Of a DNA stretch of 64,000 nucleotides, positions 47,919-61,299 are shown piece after piece; the stretch's first letter is position 1; every line of letters begins with the position of its first letter. The translations under genes and the position numbers were made by a program. The notes beneath the pieces are model-generated. The model did not search any database and was not told where the DNA came from. It worked only from the letters and a program-made list of their open reading frames with translations. The DNA comes from Centroscyllium fabricii (taxonomy: Eukaryota). The DNA is taken from positions 20,956,001-21,020,000 of the forward strand of contig JBNRSN020000004.1 in NCBI GenBank assembly GCA_051313645.2. Reading direction: 5' to 3'.

Positions 47919-48673
47919 GGCCCAGAAATTCCCATGGCCCCTGGGGCCAAACGCGTGATTACGGACGGTGTACTCGCACGTCGGGACATTGGAATTGCCG
48001 GTTTCCGGCATGCGCGCGAAACCGGCAATTCCGATCCCCTGTCAGAAGGGGTCAGGAGCCGGAGCACGTTGGCCTGCGCAGTAGGAGGTGTGCAATGCAC
48101 TTCCGATTTCTTTCAAAGTTTTTTATCTGTGTAAGTATCGGGAAAGTTACGGATGAAAATATCAGCCGTAACGACCCCTTTTCATCAGGTAAGTCTTTAT
48201 TTTATTCAATGTAAACATTTTTTTCCACAGGTTTTTAATTTTTAAATAATTTAAACAAAGGTAAGTTGTTTTTAGACCGGTTAAACACTTTAATTATTTT
48301 TTTCAAATTTTTTATTTTTTGTTTAAAATAGCTAATTTATGTTATTGATAGTAATTTAAAAAAATGTGATGGTTTTTAAAATTTTATTTTAATGTTTAGT
48401 GTGGCTTTGGGGCTCATAGGTTTGACAGATCTTTCTGTCAAACTTATGAATGGATCATTCTTTGCTCCGATTGGCTCCCCGCGGACCACGTGGTCCCGTG
48501 CGGAGCGCCCCACTATCTGCGCCGTTGAGTTGCCTCAGCGCGGCGCGTGGGGCTTGCAGCTCGGCCAGAAATCGAGATTTCAAATCCCAGAAGAGGAGAA
48601 ACTTCTGTGCGCTCCGTCAGTGTGGGTCGGAGGCTTGCACTCGCGGGAAGCCTCCAACCCGAATTTCTGGCCC
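47919..48673. mobile_element. MITE, PIF/Harbinger-like
   Basis: TIR GGCCCAGAAATTC / GAATTTCTGGCCC, 3-bp TSD AAT, GC-rich arms around an AT-rich core. Confidence 0.8.
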
Positions 48674-48917
48674 AATATAACTCACTCATAATGTACAGGA
48701 AAATTCTTGTGGAGCAGAAGATACCAGACCCACAATGTCTGCAGGCTCTCAACGGACCTTCCCACAAAACAAAACCAGGGTTCTGGCCACCAGCACGAAT
48801 AGCAATTAATTACCTCATAGAGTTAACTGGCCCAGTGTTTACTTAATGTAAATTGAGCTTTGGTGCCTCAAAGGGACACATGGCTGTATTTAGCAGAATA
48901 ATCAATTGTGTTGTTGT

Positions 48918-49872
48918 ATGAAAGGGACCGACTGCAACGTATCCAATTTTGCCGACGATACTAAGATGGGAGGGAAAGCAGTGAGTGAGGAGGACATAAA
49001 AAACCGGCAAAGGGACATAGACAGGCTAAGTGAGTGGGCAAAAATTTGGCAGATGGAATATAATGTTGGAAAGTGTGAGGTTATGCACTTTGGCAAAAAA
49101 AATCAATGAGCAAGTTATTATCTGAATGGAGAGAAACTTCAAAGTGCTAAAGTACAAAGGGATCTGGGGGTCCTGGTGCATGAAACACAGGAGGTTAGTA
49201 TGCAGGTACAGCAGGTGATCCGGAAGGCCAATAGAATCTTGGATTTTATTGCAAGTGGGGTGGAGTATAAAAGCAGGGAAGTCCTGCTGCAGTTATACAG
49301 GGTACTGGTGAGGCCACACCTGGAATACTGCGTACAGTTTTGGTTTCCATATTTGAGAAAGGATATACTTGCTCTCGAGGCAGTTCAGAGAAGGTTCACT
49401 CGGTTGATTCCGGACATGAGGGGGTTGACTTGTGGATAAAGGTTGAGTAGGTTAGGCCTCTACTCATTGGAATTTAGAAGAGTGAGAGGCAATCTTATCG
49501 AAACATATAAGATTGTGAGGGGGCTTGATCGGGTGGATGCGGTGAAGATGTTTCCACTGATGGGTGAGACTAGAACTAGGGGGCATAATCTGAGAATAAG
49601 GGGCTGCCCTTTCAAAACTGATGAGGAGAAACCTCTTCACTCAGAGGGTAGTAAATCTATGGAATTTTCTACCTCAGGAGAGCTGTGGAAGCTGCGACAT
49701 TAAATAAATTTAAAACGGAGATAGACAGTTTCCTAACTGATAAGGGAATAAGGGGTTACGGGGAACGGGCAGGGAAGTGGACGTGAGTCTAAGTTCCAAT
49801 CAGCCATGGTCCTATTAAATGGCGGAGCAGGCCCGAGGGTCAGTATGGCCGACTCCTCCTACTTCTTATGGT
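48918..49872 (+). mobile_element. CR1 3' fragment
   Basis: 'SNFADDTKMGG', 'LYRVLVRPHLEYC'. Confidence 0.9.
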
Positions 49873-49889
49873 GTTCCTTTTGTACGTGT

Positions 49890-51245
49890 CCGCAGTGGTA
49901 GCACTCTTGCCTTGGAGTCAGAAGGTTGTGGGTTCAAGTCTCACTCCAGGGTCTTGAGCCCATTATCCAAACTCGAGTGCAGTACTGAGGGAGTGCAGCA
50001 CTGTCGGAGGCACTGCCTTTTGGATAAGATGTTAAACCGAGGCCCTGTCTGCCCTTTTGGGTGGGTGTCTCACCTCCTGACTCCCCAAAAACTTTCCACC
50101 ATCTACAAAGCACAAGTCAGGAGTGTGATGGAATACTCTCCACTTGTCTGGATGAGTGCAGCACCAACAACACTCAAGAAGCTCGACACCATCCAGGGCA
50201 AAGCAGCCCACTTGATTGGCACCCCATCCACCACCTTAAACATTCACTCCCTCCACCACCAGTGCACCGTGGCTGCAGTGTGTACCATCTACAAGATGCA
50301 CTGCAGCAACTCGCCAAGGCTTCTTCGGCAGCACCTCACAAACCCGCAACCTCTTCCACCTAGAAGGACAAGGGCAGCAGGCGCATGGGAACATCGCCAC
50401 CTCCAAGTTCCCCTCCAAGTCACACACCATCCTGACTCTCAAGTAAATCGCCGATCCTTCATTGTCATTGGGTCAAAATCCTGGAACTTACTCCATAACA
50501 GCACTGTGGGAGCACCTTCACCACACGGACTGCAGCGGTTCAGGAAGACGGTTCACCACCACCTTCTCGAGGGCAACTAGGGATGGGCAATAAATGCCGG
50601 CATTGCCAGTGACGCCTTGCTCCCATAAATGAATTAAAAAAAAAAAAAAAAAAGACAAAATGTGAACGATTCCATGGCACTATTTTGAAGAGCAGGAGAA
50701 TACTCCCCAGTGTCTTGGACAATATCACTAAAAAACATAAATAGAAACAGAAAATGTTGGAAATACTCAGCAGGTCAAGCAGCATCTGTGGAGAGAGAAA
50801 CAAACTTAACGTTTCAGGTCGGTTCTGGTCAGAACTGTTCTGATGAACGGTCATTGAGCTGAAACGTTAACTCTGTTTCTCTCTCCACAGATGCTGCCTG
50901 GCCTGTTGAGGGTTTCCCAACATTTTCTGTTTCAATGTCATATTTCCAGCAGCATCCGCAGTATTTTGCTTTTATATCACTAAGAAACAGATTATCATAG
51001 AATAGTGTAGAACAGCGTAGAAGTAGGCCATTCAGCCCATCGAGTCAGCGCCAGCTCTTTCGAAGAGCTATCCAGTTGGCCGAAGGCTTATCACGTTGCT
51101 GTTTTGTGAAGCTTGCTGTGCACAAATGGACTGTCTCGTTTCCTGCAAAAATGACTACACTTCAGAAGTTCCTCATTAGCTGTAAAGTGCTTTGGAGATG
51201 TCCTGAGGTCGTGAAAGGTCCGATATAAATGGAAGTCTTTCTTTT
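49890..51245 (+). mobile_element. Deu-SINE with nested CR1-group LINE 3' end (50066-50640) and inverted Penelope termini (50740-50972)
   Basis: 'IYKAQVRSVMEYSPLVW..LDTIQ'; hammerhead-like CTGATGA..GAAACGTTAACT at about 50840-50872. Confidence 0.75.
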
Positions 51246-51454
51246 ATGGTGGTATATTCCTATAAGAAGTGCCGTGGGAGATTCAAATATACTTCAATCT
51301 TGCAAAGTGCATGACTGTTGGAGCTGAAAGTGTCACACTTGACTCAATTCAGTAAGCCTGACTTGGTATAACTGTCCTATTATTACTGTCATGTGATATT
51401 TTATTAATATTCATGTCTGTTATTTAACTAAACTAATGCACTTTTGTTCAAAAG

Positions 51455-51875
51455 AAGAAAGACTTGCATTTATATAGCGCCTTTCACAACCTCAGGACGT
51501 CCCAAAGTGCTTTGCAGCCAATTGATTATTTTTTTAAGTGCAGTCATTGTTTTACTGTGGGAAACCAGACGGCCAGTTTACGCTCAGCAAGATCCCACAA
51601 ACAGCAGTGTGATGATGACCAGACAACCTGGTTTTAGTGATTTTTAGTTGAGGGATAAATGTTGGCCCAGGACACTGGGGAGAGCTCCCCTCCTCTTCTT
51701 CCAAACCGTGCCATGGGATCTTTTTCATCCACGTGAGAGAGCAGACCGGGGCCTCGGTTTAACATCTCATCCGAAAGACGGCACCTCTGACAGCGCAGCA
51801 CTGCACCGGAGCGTCAGCCTAGATTTTGCACTCCGGTCTCTGGAGCGGGGCTTCAAGCCGCCACCTCCTTGACTC
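51455..51875 (-). mobile_element. Deu-SINE
   Basis: Reverse complement of the 63226-63630 type. Confidence 0.8.
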
Positions 51876-52022
51876 CGAATAGTTGGATCTGAATAGTTGA
51901 CTTTATTGCATTTTGTTCCCACATAAAATATCTTTTATCCTGAATTGCAATCTTTTTGTATTCGATATACAACAATTTTAAAGTAAGACCGTTTTTAAAA
52001 ATTGGGAGGGGGGAGGGGGGGT

Positions 52023-54665
52023 GCGCAGATGACACGCAAATTGGTGGGGTGGTAAATAGCGAGGAGGGAAGCCTCAGTCTGCAGGACGATATAGATGGGT
52101 TGGTCAGATGGGCAGAACGGTGGCGAATGGAATTTAACCCTGAAAAGTGTGAGGTGATGCATTTTGGGAGGACTAACAAGGCAAGGGAATACACAATAGA
52201 AACATAGAAAATAGGTGCAGGAGTAGACCATTCGGTCCTTCGAGCCTGCACCGCCATTTAATGCGTTCATGGCTGAACATGCTACCTCAGTACCCCATTC
52301 CTGCTTTCTCGCCATACCCCTTGATCCCCCTAGTTGTGAGTATTATATCTAACTCCCTTTTGAATATATTTAGCGAACTGGCCTCAACAACCTTCTGTGG
52401 CAGAGAATTCCACAGATTCACCACTCTCTGGGTGAAGAAGTTCCTCCTCATCTCAATCTTAAATGGCCTCCCCATTATCCTTAGACTGTGACCCCTGGTT
52501 CTAGTCTTCCCTAACATTGGAAACATTCTGCCCGCATCTAACTTGTCTAAACCAGTCAGGATTTTAAACGTCTCTATAAGATCCCCCCTCATTCTTCTGA
52601 ACTCCAGAGGATACAAGTTCAGTTGATCCAGTCTTTCTTGATATGTCAGTCTGGCCATCCCAGGAATCAATCTAGTAAACCTTCGCTGCACTCCCTCAAT
52701 AGCAAGAATGTCCTTCCTCAAGTTAGGAGACCAAAACTGCACACAATACTCCAGGTGTGGCCTCACCAAAGCCCTGTACAACTGTAGCATCACCTCCCTA
52801 CTCCTGTACTGAAATCCCCTTGCTATGAAGGCCATCATGCCATTTGCTTTCTTGACCGCCTGCTGCACTTGCATTCCTACCTTCAGTGACTGATGTACCA
52901 TGACGCCCAGGTCTCGTTGCACCTCCCCTTTCCCTAATCTGCCACCATTCAGATAATAGTCTGCCTCTCTATTTTTACCAAAGTGGATAACTTCACATTT
53001 ATCTACATTGTACTTCATCTGCCATACATTTGCCCATTCACCCAACCTGTCCAAGTCACTCTGTCGCCTCCTAGCATCCTCCTCATTGTTCACACTGCCT
53101 CCCAATTTAGTGTCATCCGCAAATTTGGAGATACTACAATTAATCCCTTCGTCCAAATCATTAATATATAATGTAAACAGCTGGGCCCCAGCACCGAACC
53201 CTGCGGTACCCCGCTGGTCACTGCCTGCCATTCTGAAAAGTACCCATTTACTCCTACTCTTTGTTTCCTGTGTGCCAACCAGTTCTCAATCCACTTCAAC
53301 ACATTACTCCCAATCCCATGTGCTTTAACTTTGCACACCAATCTCTTGTGTGGGACCTTGTCGAAAGCCTTCTGAAAGTCCAAATACACCACATCTACTG
53401 GTTCCCCCCCCCCCCGTCCATCCTATTGGAAACATCCTCAAAAAATTCCAGAAGATTTGTCAAGCATGATTTCCCTTTCACAAATCCATACTGACTTGGA
53501 CCTATCATGTCGCCACTTTCCAAATGGTCTGCTATGACATCCTTAATAATTGATTCCATCATTTTACCCACCACCGATGTCAGGCTGACCGGTCTATAAT
53601 TCCCTGTTTTCTCCCTCCTTTTTTAAAAAGAGGGGTTACATTAGCCACCCTCCACTCCATCGGAACTGATCCAGAGTCTAAGGAATGTTGGAAAATGATC
53701 GTCAATACATCCACTATTTCCAAGGCCATCTCCTTAAGTACTCTGGGATGCAGACCATTAGGCCCTGGGGATTTATCAGCCTTCAGTCCCATCAATTTCC
53801 CAAACACCTTTCCCCGACTAATAAGGATTTCCCTTAGCTCCTCCCTCTTACCAGATCCTCTGACCCCTTTTATTTCCGGAAAGTTGTTTGTGTCCTCCTC
53901 AGTAAACACCGAACCAAAGTACTTATTCAATTGATCTTCCATTTCTTTGTTCCCCATTATGACTTCCCCTGTTTCTGACTGCAGGGATGGTAAGACCCTA
54001 GGAAAGACAGAGGATCAGAGGGACCTTGGTGTGCATGTACATAGATCCCTGAAGGCAGCAGGACAGGTGAATAAGGTGGTTAAAAAGGCATATGGGATAC
54101 TTGCCTTCATTAGCCGAGGCATAGAATATAAGAGCAGGGAGGTTATGATGGAGCTGTACAAAATGTTGGTAAGGCCACAGCTGGAGTACTGTGTGAAGTT
54201 CTAGTCGCCACACTATAGGAAGGATGTGATTGCTTTGGAGAGCGTGCAGAGGAGATTCACCAGGATGTTACCTGGGCTGGAGCGCTTCAGCTATGAAGAA
54301 AGACTGGACAGGCTGGGGTTGTTTTCCTTGGAGCAGAGAAGGCTGAGGGGGGGACCTGATTGAGGTGTACAAAATTATGAGGGGCATAGATAGGGTAAAT
54401 AGAAAGGAACGTTTTCCCTTTGTAGAGGGGTCAATAACCAGGGGGCATAGTTTCAAGGTAAGGGGCAGGAGATTTAGTGGGGGTTTGAGGAGAAACTTTT
54501 TCACCCAGAGGGTGGTTGGAGTCTGGAACTCGCTGTCTGGAAGGGTGGTGGAGGCAGGAACCCTCAACATTCAAGAAGCATTTAGATGAGCACGTGAGAT
54601 GCCATAGCATACAAGGCTACGGACCAAGTGCTGGAAAATGGGATTAGAATAGAAAGGGTTTGATG
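52023..54665 (+). mobile_element. CR1 fragment (+) split by a younger antiparallel CR1 (52197-53982, minus)
   Basis: Plus pieces at 52023-52196 and 53983-54665; minus ORFs 52287-53231 and 53580-53957. Confidence 0.9.
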
Positions 54666-54668
54666 GCT

Positions 54669-54952
54669 CCGGCCGAAACCGCGCTAGGCCCGTCCCATTC
54701 AATCGGGGAGGAAGGCCTGCAGTACCGCGGCGCGGCGCTTTGTGCTGCGCGTCGCAGCGACCCTCAGCGCCCGTAACTTCGCCTGTAGCGCCTGAAGAAC
54801 GAGGCCAGGCGCGAGTTTTAGCGCCCGACCTCCTCCCACGGGCGCTGCAACCGAATTTCAGCGCCCACGGCGCCGGCGGTCGGCAGGCGCTAGAGGTAGC
54901 GTTGCGCCGAGGTTACCGCGCAAAAACGTGCGCGCCCCAATTTATCCCCCCT
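54669..54952. mobile_element. Partial GC-rich MITE related to 7028-7669
   Basis: Terminus CCCAATTTATCCCCCC matches the inverted left end of 7028-7669. Confidence 0.55.
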
Positions 54953-56437
54953 GTGGCTCTGTGGCGATGAGAGCGACTGCACCAAGAAGTGGGATCCTGA
55001 TCTATTTATAAAGATAGAGAGAGGGAGGGGGGGGGGGTGAGGAAAAAAAGTTTTGTTTTTTTGTTTTCCTGTGTGTGTGTGTGTGTGTTTGCAACAACAG
55101 AGCAGAAAAGAAAACTAGAGAGAGAAAGAGACATAAGATGTATCTTGTCATGCCAATAAAGCAATTTGAATTGAATTGAGTATTGGCAATATTTAAACCC
55201 AGACAGTCCCTCATCTGATCCAGAAGGTCCAATCAGGACTTGGTGTCTGCAAGGCTCTGCCATTGCATCTCTCTCTCTCTCTCTCTCTCTCACACTCTGT
55301 GTGTTTGTTGTTACCCCCTCTCTCTGCTCACACACACACTCCCCTCCTCCTGGTGTGGACATGGTGAATGAGCCAGTGGGGAGAGGGGTGTGAGGCTGAG
55401 CCTGGGGGGTGGGCTGGGGTGGGGGGGGAGCTGCTGGTGTTTCTGATTCTCTCCCCCCTGTCGCATGGACAGCTCAAGTTTGCCGCACGCTGTGGTCGCT
55501 CCAGAGAAGCGGGCAGAGGAGGAGGAGAGGGGGGAGCGCCGCCGCTTTCCACCCGCAAAGCTGGCCTCAAAATGGTATTTTTCTCTTTCTTTTTATTCCA
55601 ATCTCTGCATGATGTATTGTTATTATTGCAAATCCCTCTCCCATTTGCAATTGTGTGGTTTTTTTTTTAAATGAGGGGCTGGGGGGAGAGAGCAGTCGGG
55701 CTTGTGTGTGTGTGTTTTTGCAATAATGCGGATTTTCTCCTGTTGTTTGCTGGAGGGGGAGAGGACTGAATATTCTTGAACCTCCCTCAAGCATTGAGAG
55801 AGGAGGTGTGTGGTGGTGGGGGGGGGGGGGGGGCGAGATTATTCAATCCCTCCTTCCTTCCCAGTGCGAAAAAAAAACAATGGGACACACACACCAACAC
55901 ACAGTTGGTAACAAAGAGTTAAATTCCTTAAGATGGAAATGCTGCCTGAGACACAGAGAGAGAGAGAGAGATTGAGTGTGGGATCTGCAGGAATAGGCCA
56001 GGCCAGGCCTATGAGCTCCAGTGTTTTTTAAATCTCTTTTTTTCCCCCCCACCATCCTGATTTATTCTGTGTGAATCCCATTCAGAGCTGAGCCAGGGCC
56101 TTGGGGCTGTCCTTTGATGTTTTCCCCCCTCCCTCTTTCATTGGGGATTTTGTTACAAGTTTCCCCCCTTCCTCACACACTCTCTCTCTTCTCTCAGGGA
56201 TACCTTGGTTGCTTTCTGGATACATGGCCTGTTCCTCTATTGTGCATTCTGAGCAGCTCTGCTGGGAGTTTATTGTCATCTCCCTCTCTTGTGTTTTTTT
56301 TGGTGTCTTCCCCCCCCCCCCCTCTCTCTGCGGTTTAGCCAAAGCAAGCGCCATTTCTCCCCCCCCCCCCCCCCCCCAAACTGCTGAGTGACATCTTCCA
56401 ACAGAAATAGTTAAAAACAAGGGACCAGATTGCCCTT

Positions 56438-56784
56438 TGCTTTGGATAATGCAATGTTCCCTGGTATTTTTATAAGCTGACTGTATCAAATCATCCTGAT
56501 ATGTTGATCATCTCTGTTGGTCAGCTTCCTGTGTGTCTGTGTTTTTAAATTAACTTTTTTTTAAATTTTGTGTCACAAAGCATGTTACTGCGTTGCAAAA
56601 TTGGAATTGTACACGGGTGTTTCTTCTGCGCAGGTGCATATTGAGCAAACTTGTTCATTCTTTGATGCCATCTAGTTTGCAGATATTCTAAGTTTTTAAT
56701 TTTTTTTTTGCAACATGGATTTTTTGTGGCCTTTGCTCGCCTCATGACGGGGGTGGGGAAGGAGGGTCTGAGACCCCAGAGCTC

Positions 56785-56815
<31 letters not shown>

Positions 56816-56960
56816 GTAAGTTAAGTACAGGATTCTGGTGGCAATACTTCAATACCTTCAAAACAAAGTGGCAGGAGGAGTGATGTCTGCTTCCTCACTG
56901 ACACCTAAGGTATTCCTGGGTAAAGTAGGAATGATGGCTGAAGCTTGAAGTGGGTCGGAC
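56438..56960 (+). repeat. Copy 1 of an about 520-bp direct duplication (copy 2: 57813-58317 plus 58973-59005)
   Basis: Collinear shared blocks from TTTGGATAATGCAAT to GAATGATGGCTGAAGCTTGAAGTGGG. Confidence 0.85.
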
Positions 56961-56961
56961 C

Positions 56962-57812
56962 TTTCTCTCTCTCAGGCGGAACCGAGGATGACTCGCTTCC
57001 ACACTAAAAATGAGTTCTCAGGGTGACTGATGAGTCCAATGCGGGACCTACAGTCTCTGTCACAGGTGGGGCAGATGGTGGTTGAAGGGGCGGGTGGGTG
57101 GGGTGCTTGGGTTGATGTGCGCTCCTTGCGCTGTTTGCGCTTGGCTTCTGCTTGCTCCCGGCGAAGAGACTCGGTGTTCGGCGCCTTCCCGGTTGCTTCT
57201 CCACTTTGTGTGGTCTTGGGCCAGGGATTCACAGGTGTCGGTGGGGATGTTGCACTTTTTCAAGGAGGCTTTGAGGGTGTCCTTGAAGCGTTTCCTCTGC
57301 CCACCTGGGGCTCTCTTGCCGTGCCAGAGCTCCGAGTAGAGAGCTTGTTTTGCGAGTCTCGTATCGGGCATTCGGACGATGTGGCCCGTCCATCGGAGCT
57401 GATCGAGCGTGGTCAAAGCTTCGATGTTGGCCTGATGAGAATACTGACGTTGGTGCGCCTATCACTCCAACGGGTTTGCAGGATCTTGCGGAGGCAGCGT
57501 CGGTGGTACCTCTCCAGTGCTTTGAGGTGCCTGCTGTACATGGTCCGTGTCTCTGAAGCATACAGGAGGGCGGGTATCACTACTGCTCTGTAGACCATGA
57601 GCTTGGTGCCGGGTTTGCGATCCTGGTCTTCAAGCGCACTCTTCCTCAGGCGACCGAAGGCTGCACTGGCACACTGACGGCGGTGGTGGACTTCGTCATC
57701 GATGTCTGTCCTTGTTGACAGTATGGAAAGTGGTCCACGTTGTCCAAAGCCTCGTCGTGGATTTTGATAATCGAGGCAGTACTGTGTGGCGGGGGCAGGT
57801 TGGTAGAGAACC
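56962..57812 (-). mobile_element. RTE-clade LINE 3' fragment
   Basis: 'TKLMVYRAVVIPALLYASET', 'QLRWTGHIVRMPDTR..GGQRKRFKDTLK', terminal 'CPTCDRDCRSRIGLISH'. Confidence 0.9.
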
Positions 57813-58174
57813 TGCTTTTGGATAATGCAATATTCCCTGGTATTTTTATAAGCTGAAAATATCAAATCCTCCAGATATTTTGATGATCTATGTTGGTCAG
57901 CTTCCTGCGTGTTTAAAAAAAATTAACTCTTAATTTTGTGTCAAGAAACATGTTATTGTGTTGCAAAATTGGAATTGTAAATGGGTTTTGCTTCTGTGCA
58001 GGTGCATATTGATCAAACTTGTTCATTCTTTCTGATGCCATCCAGTTTGTAAATATTCTAAGTGTTTAATTTTGTATGTTTTTGTGGATTTTCATCAATG
58101 GGTCAAAGTGGCCTTTGCACTCCTCATGACGCGTGTTGTGTGTGTAAATTGAGTACAGGATTCTGGCAGCAATG

Positions 58175-58206
<32 letters not shown>

Positions 58207-58317
58207 CCAAAAAAACCAACAAAAAAAACTAAAAAAAAAACTTCAATACCTTCAAAACAAAGTGGCAGGAGGAGTGATGTCTGCTTCCTCGCTGACACCT
58301 AAGTTATTCCTGGGTAA

Positions 58318-58968
58318 ATATAGAAACATAGAAGATAGGAACAGGAGTAGGCCGTTCGGCCCCTCGAGCCTGCTCTGCCATTCAATGAGATCATGGCTGA
58401 TCATCCAAATTTAGTACCCTGTCCCTGCTTTCTCCCCATATCCTTTGATCCCTTTAGCCTTAAGGAATACATCCAACTCTTGAATATATTTAATGAATTG
58501 GCCCTTGCTGCCTTCTGTGGTGGAGAATTCCATAGGTTCACCACTCAATTCAATTCAATTCAAAAAGCTTTATTGGCATGAATGGTATCAACCGTTGTTG
58601 CCAAAGCACTGCAACATACATAAGAATATTACATTAGTAGGGCATTGTAACATACATAAAAATAATACTCTCTGGGTGAAAAGATTCCTCCTCATCTCTG
58701 TCCTAAATGGCTTACCCCTTATTCTTAGACTGTGACCCCTGGTTCTGGACTCCCCGGCCATCGGGAACATCCTTCCTGCATCCAGTCTGTCCAGGCTTGA
58801 CAGAATTTTATACGTTTCGATGAGATCCCCTCTCAATCTTCTAAACTCCAGCGAGTATAAGCCCAATCGACCCAATCTCTCCTCATACGTCATTCCTGCC
58901 ATCCCAGGTATCAGCCTGGTGAATCTTCGCTGAACTCCTTCCATGGCAAGAACATCCTTCCTCAGAAA
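58318..58968 (-). mobile_element. CR1 3' fragment with nested (TTGAA)n-tailed fragment (58546-58667)
   Basis: ORF 58588-59082; CR1 tail at 58318. Confidence 0.87.
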
Positions 58969-59221
58969 GCACGAATGATGGCTGAAGCTTGAAGTGGGGT
59001 CGACCAGGCAGCAAAGAACTTGCATTTCTGCAGTGCAGCGCCTTTCCCGACCTCGGGGCATCCCAACGCGCTTCACGGCCAATGAAATGCATTTAAAGTC
59101 TGGTCACTGTTGTAATGTAGGAAACACGGCAACCAATTTGCGCACAGCAAGCTCCCACAAACAGCAATGTGATAATGACCAGATCATCCGTTTTTAGATG
59201 TTGGTCGAGGGATAAATATTC

Positions 59222-59690
59222 GCTTGAACTATATAAAACACTAGTTAGGCCACAGCTAGAATACTGCGTGCAGTTCTGGTCATCACATTACAGGAAGGAT
59301 GTGATTGCACTAGAGAGGGTGCAGAGGAGATTTACAAGGATGTTGCCTGGGCTGGAGAATTTTGGCTATGAGGAAAGATTGGATAGGCTGGGGTTGTTTT
59401 CTTTGGAACAGAGGAGACTGAGGAGACTGAGGGGAGACCTAATTGAGGTGCATAAAATTATGAGGGGCCTAGATAGAGTGGATAGGAAGGACCTATTTCC
59501 CTTTTGTAAGAAGTCACACAACACCAGGCTATAGTCCCAACAGTTTTATTTGAAATCACAAGCTTTCGGAGCGCAGCTCCTTCATCAGGTGCATGTAAAA
59601 GAGATTCATTTAAACACAGCATATATGGAGGGAGAGAACAATGTAGTCTTTCCAACTGTTCAACATCACACCTCAGCAGAGAGACAGTAG
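59222..59690. mobile_element. CR1 fragment (+, 59222-59503) abutting a Penelope terminus (-, 59505-59690)
   Basis: 'LYKTLVRPQLEYC'; 59505-59690 matches 34805-34985. Confidence 0.75.
59560..59591 (-). ncRNA. Hammerhead ribozyme core motif
   Basis: CAC-CTGATGA-AGGAGC TGC GCTCC-GAAA-GCTT. Confidence 0.55.
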
Positions 59691-59794
59691 AACTGCGAAA
59701 TGGGGACTGGAGTGCACCCATGGCGTGTCGTCCACCCGTACCCCATCGGATGAAGCGCTTTGCAGACCTTGCTGAGCAGTGGCACTCGCTTTTA

Positions 59795-60252
59795 AAAAAT
59801 TCATTGATGGGATGTGGGCGTCGCTGGCTGGCTGGGCCTGCATTTAGTGCCCATCCCTAATTGCCCTTGAGAAGATGGTGGTGAGCTGCCTTCTTGAACC
59901 GTTGTTTTTCGTAGCGGTTGTTTACAACTGAGGGGCTTGCTGGGCCATTTCAGAGGGCATTAAGAGTCAACCACATTGCTGTGGGTCTGGAGTCACATGT
60001 AGGCCAGACCAGGTAAGGACGGCAGATTTCCTTCTCTAAAGGACATTAGTGAACCAGATGGGTTTTTGCAACAATCGACAATGGTATCACGGTCGCCATT
60101 ACTAAGACTAACATTTAATTCCAGAATTAAATTGAATTGAATTTAAATTCCACCAGCTGCCGAGGTGGGATTTGAACCCATATCCTCAGAGCATTTGACT
60201 GAGCCTCTGGCTTACTAGTCTAGTGACATAACCACTACGCCACCACCTCCCC
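59795..60252 (-). mobile_element. tRNA-derived SINE family C, full length
   Basis: Head TGGCGTAGTGG..GGTTCAAATCCC; tail matches 50535-50635. Confidence 0.8.
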
Positions 60253-60509
60253 CGCCTGTCCGAAGGGGAGCCTGAGGTTGCCTCGATCTGGCAGCTGGTG
60301 TGAATTTGTGGCGAGTTCTCCACCCCAAAAGCTTCTCCTGGTATCGAGTCAAACTGAACTGAATCTTGTTTGGTGTTGCACCAGCCGAAAATTCTGGAAA
60401 CACTCGGCAGGTCAGGCAGCATCCGCGGAGAGAGAGAAACAGAGTTACCGTTTCAGGTCGATGACCCTTCGTCACAACTACCAGACTGGGGTTCTACCAA
60501 CTGCTGGCT

Positions 60510-60838
60510 GGGGGGTTTCCCCGGCTGAGGAGGTCTAGAACGAGGGGTCAGTCTCAGGTTACGGGATAGGACATTTAAGACAGAGATGAGCAGAAATCTC
60601 TTCACTCAGACGGAGGTGAACCTGTGGAATTCTCAACCACAGAAGGCTGTGGAGGCCAAGTCACTGAATATATTTAAGAAGGAGATAGACAGATTTCTAG
60701 ACACAAAAGGCATCGAGGGGTATGGGGAGAGAGCGGGAATATGGTATTGAGATAGAGGATCAGCCATGATCATATTGAATGGCGGAGCAGGCTCGAAGGG
60801 CCGAATGGCCGACTCCTGCTCCTATTTTTCTATGTTCT
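60510..60838 (+). mobile_element. CR1 3' end
   Basis: CR1 3' UTR and TTCTATGT tail. Confidence 0.8.
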
Positions 60839-60854
60839 AAGTTAACTGCATGAC

Positions 60855-60995
60855 AGTTCTGATGAAGGGTCTCAGACCTGAAACGTTAACTCTGTTTTTC
60901 TCTCTCCGCTGATGCTTTCTGAACTGCTGAGTGTTTCCAGCATTTTCGGTGGTTGTTGTTGTTGTTTCAGATTTCCAACGTCCACAGCATTTTGC
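60855..60995 (+). mobile_element. Penelope-type terminus with hammerhead motif
   Basis: AGTT-CTGATGA-AGGGTC TCA GACCT-GAAA-CGTT-AACT; inverted partner at 60388-60476. Confidence 0.7.
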
Positions 60996-61299
60996 TATTG
61001 TTGCTTGTTTGGTGTCCGTTTGGACTGGTTTTGGATGCAGTGCTTTGCCGCTGTTCAGATTTGCGTTTGTGCAGTTCCGCCATGACTGCTGTCCCACCCC
61101 AGTGAAATGTGTATCTGACATGTCAAGTTTTGACTGGGAACATTTTCTGTACTTACATAAGAACATAACATAAGAAATAGGAGCAGGAGTAGGCCAATCA
61201 GCCACTCGAGCATGCTCCGCCCTTTAATAAGATCATGGCTGATCTGATCGTAACAACCAACCTACTATCACAGAAGCATCTCCTGCATCTAACAGAATT

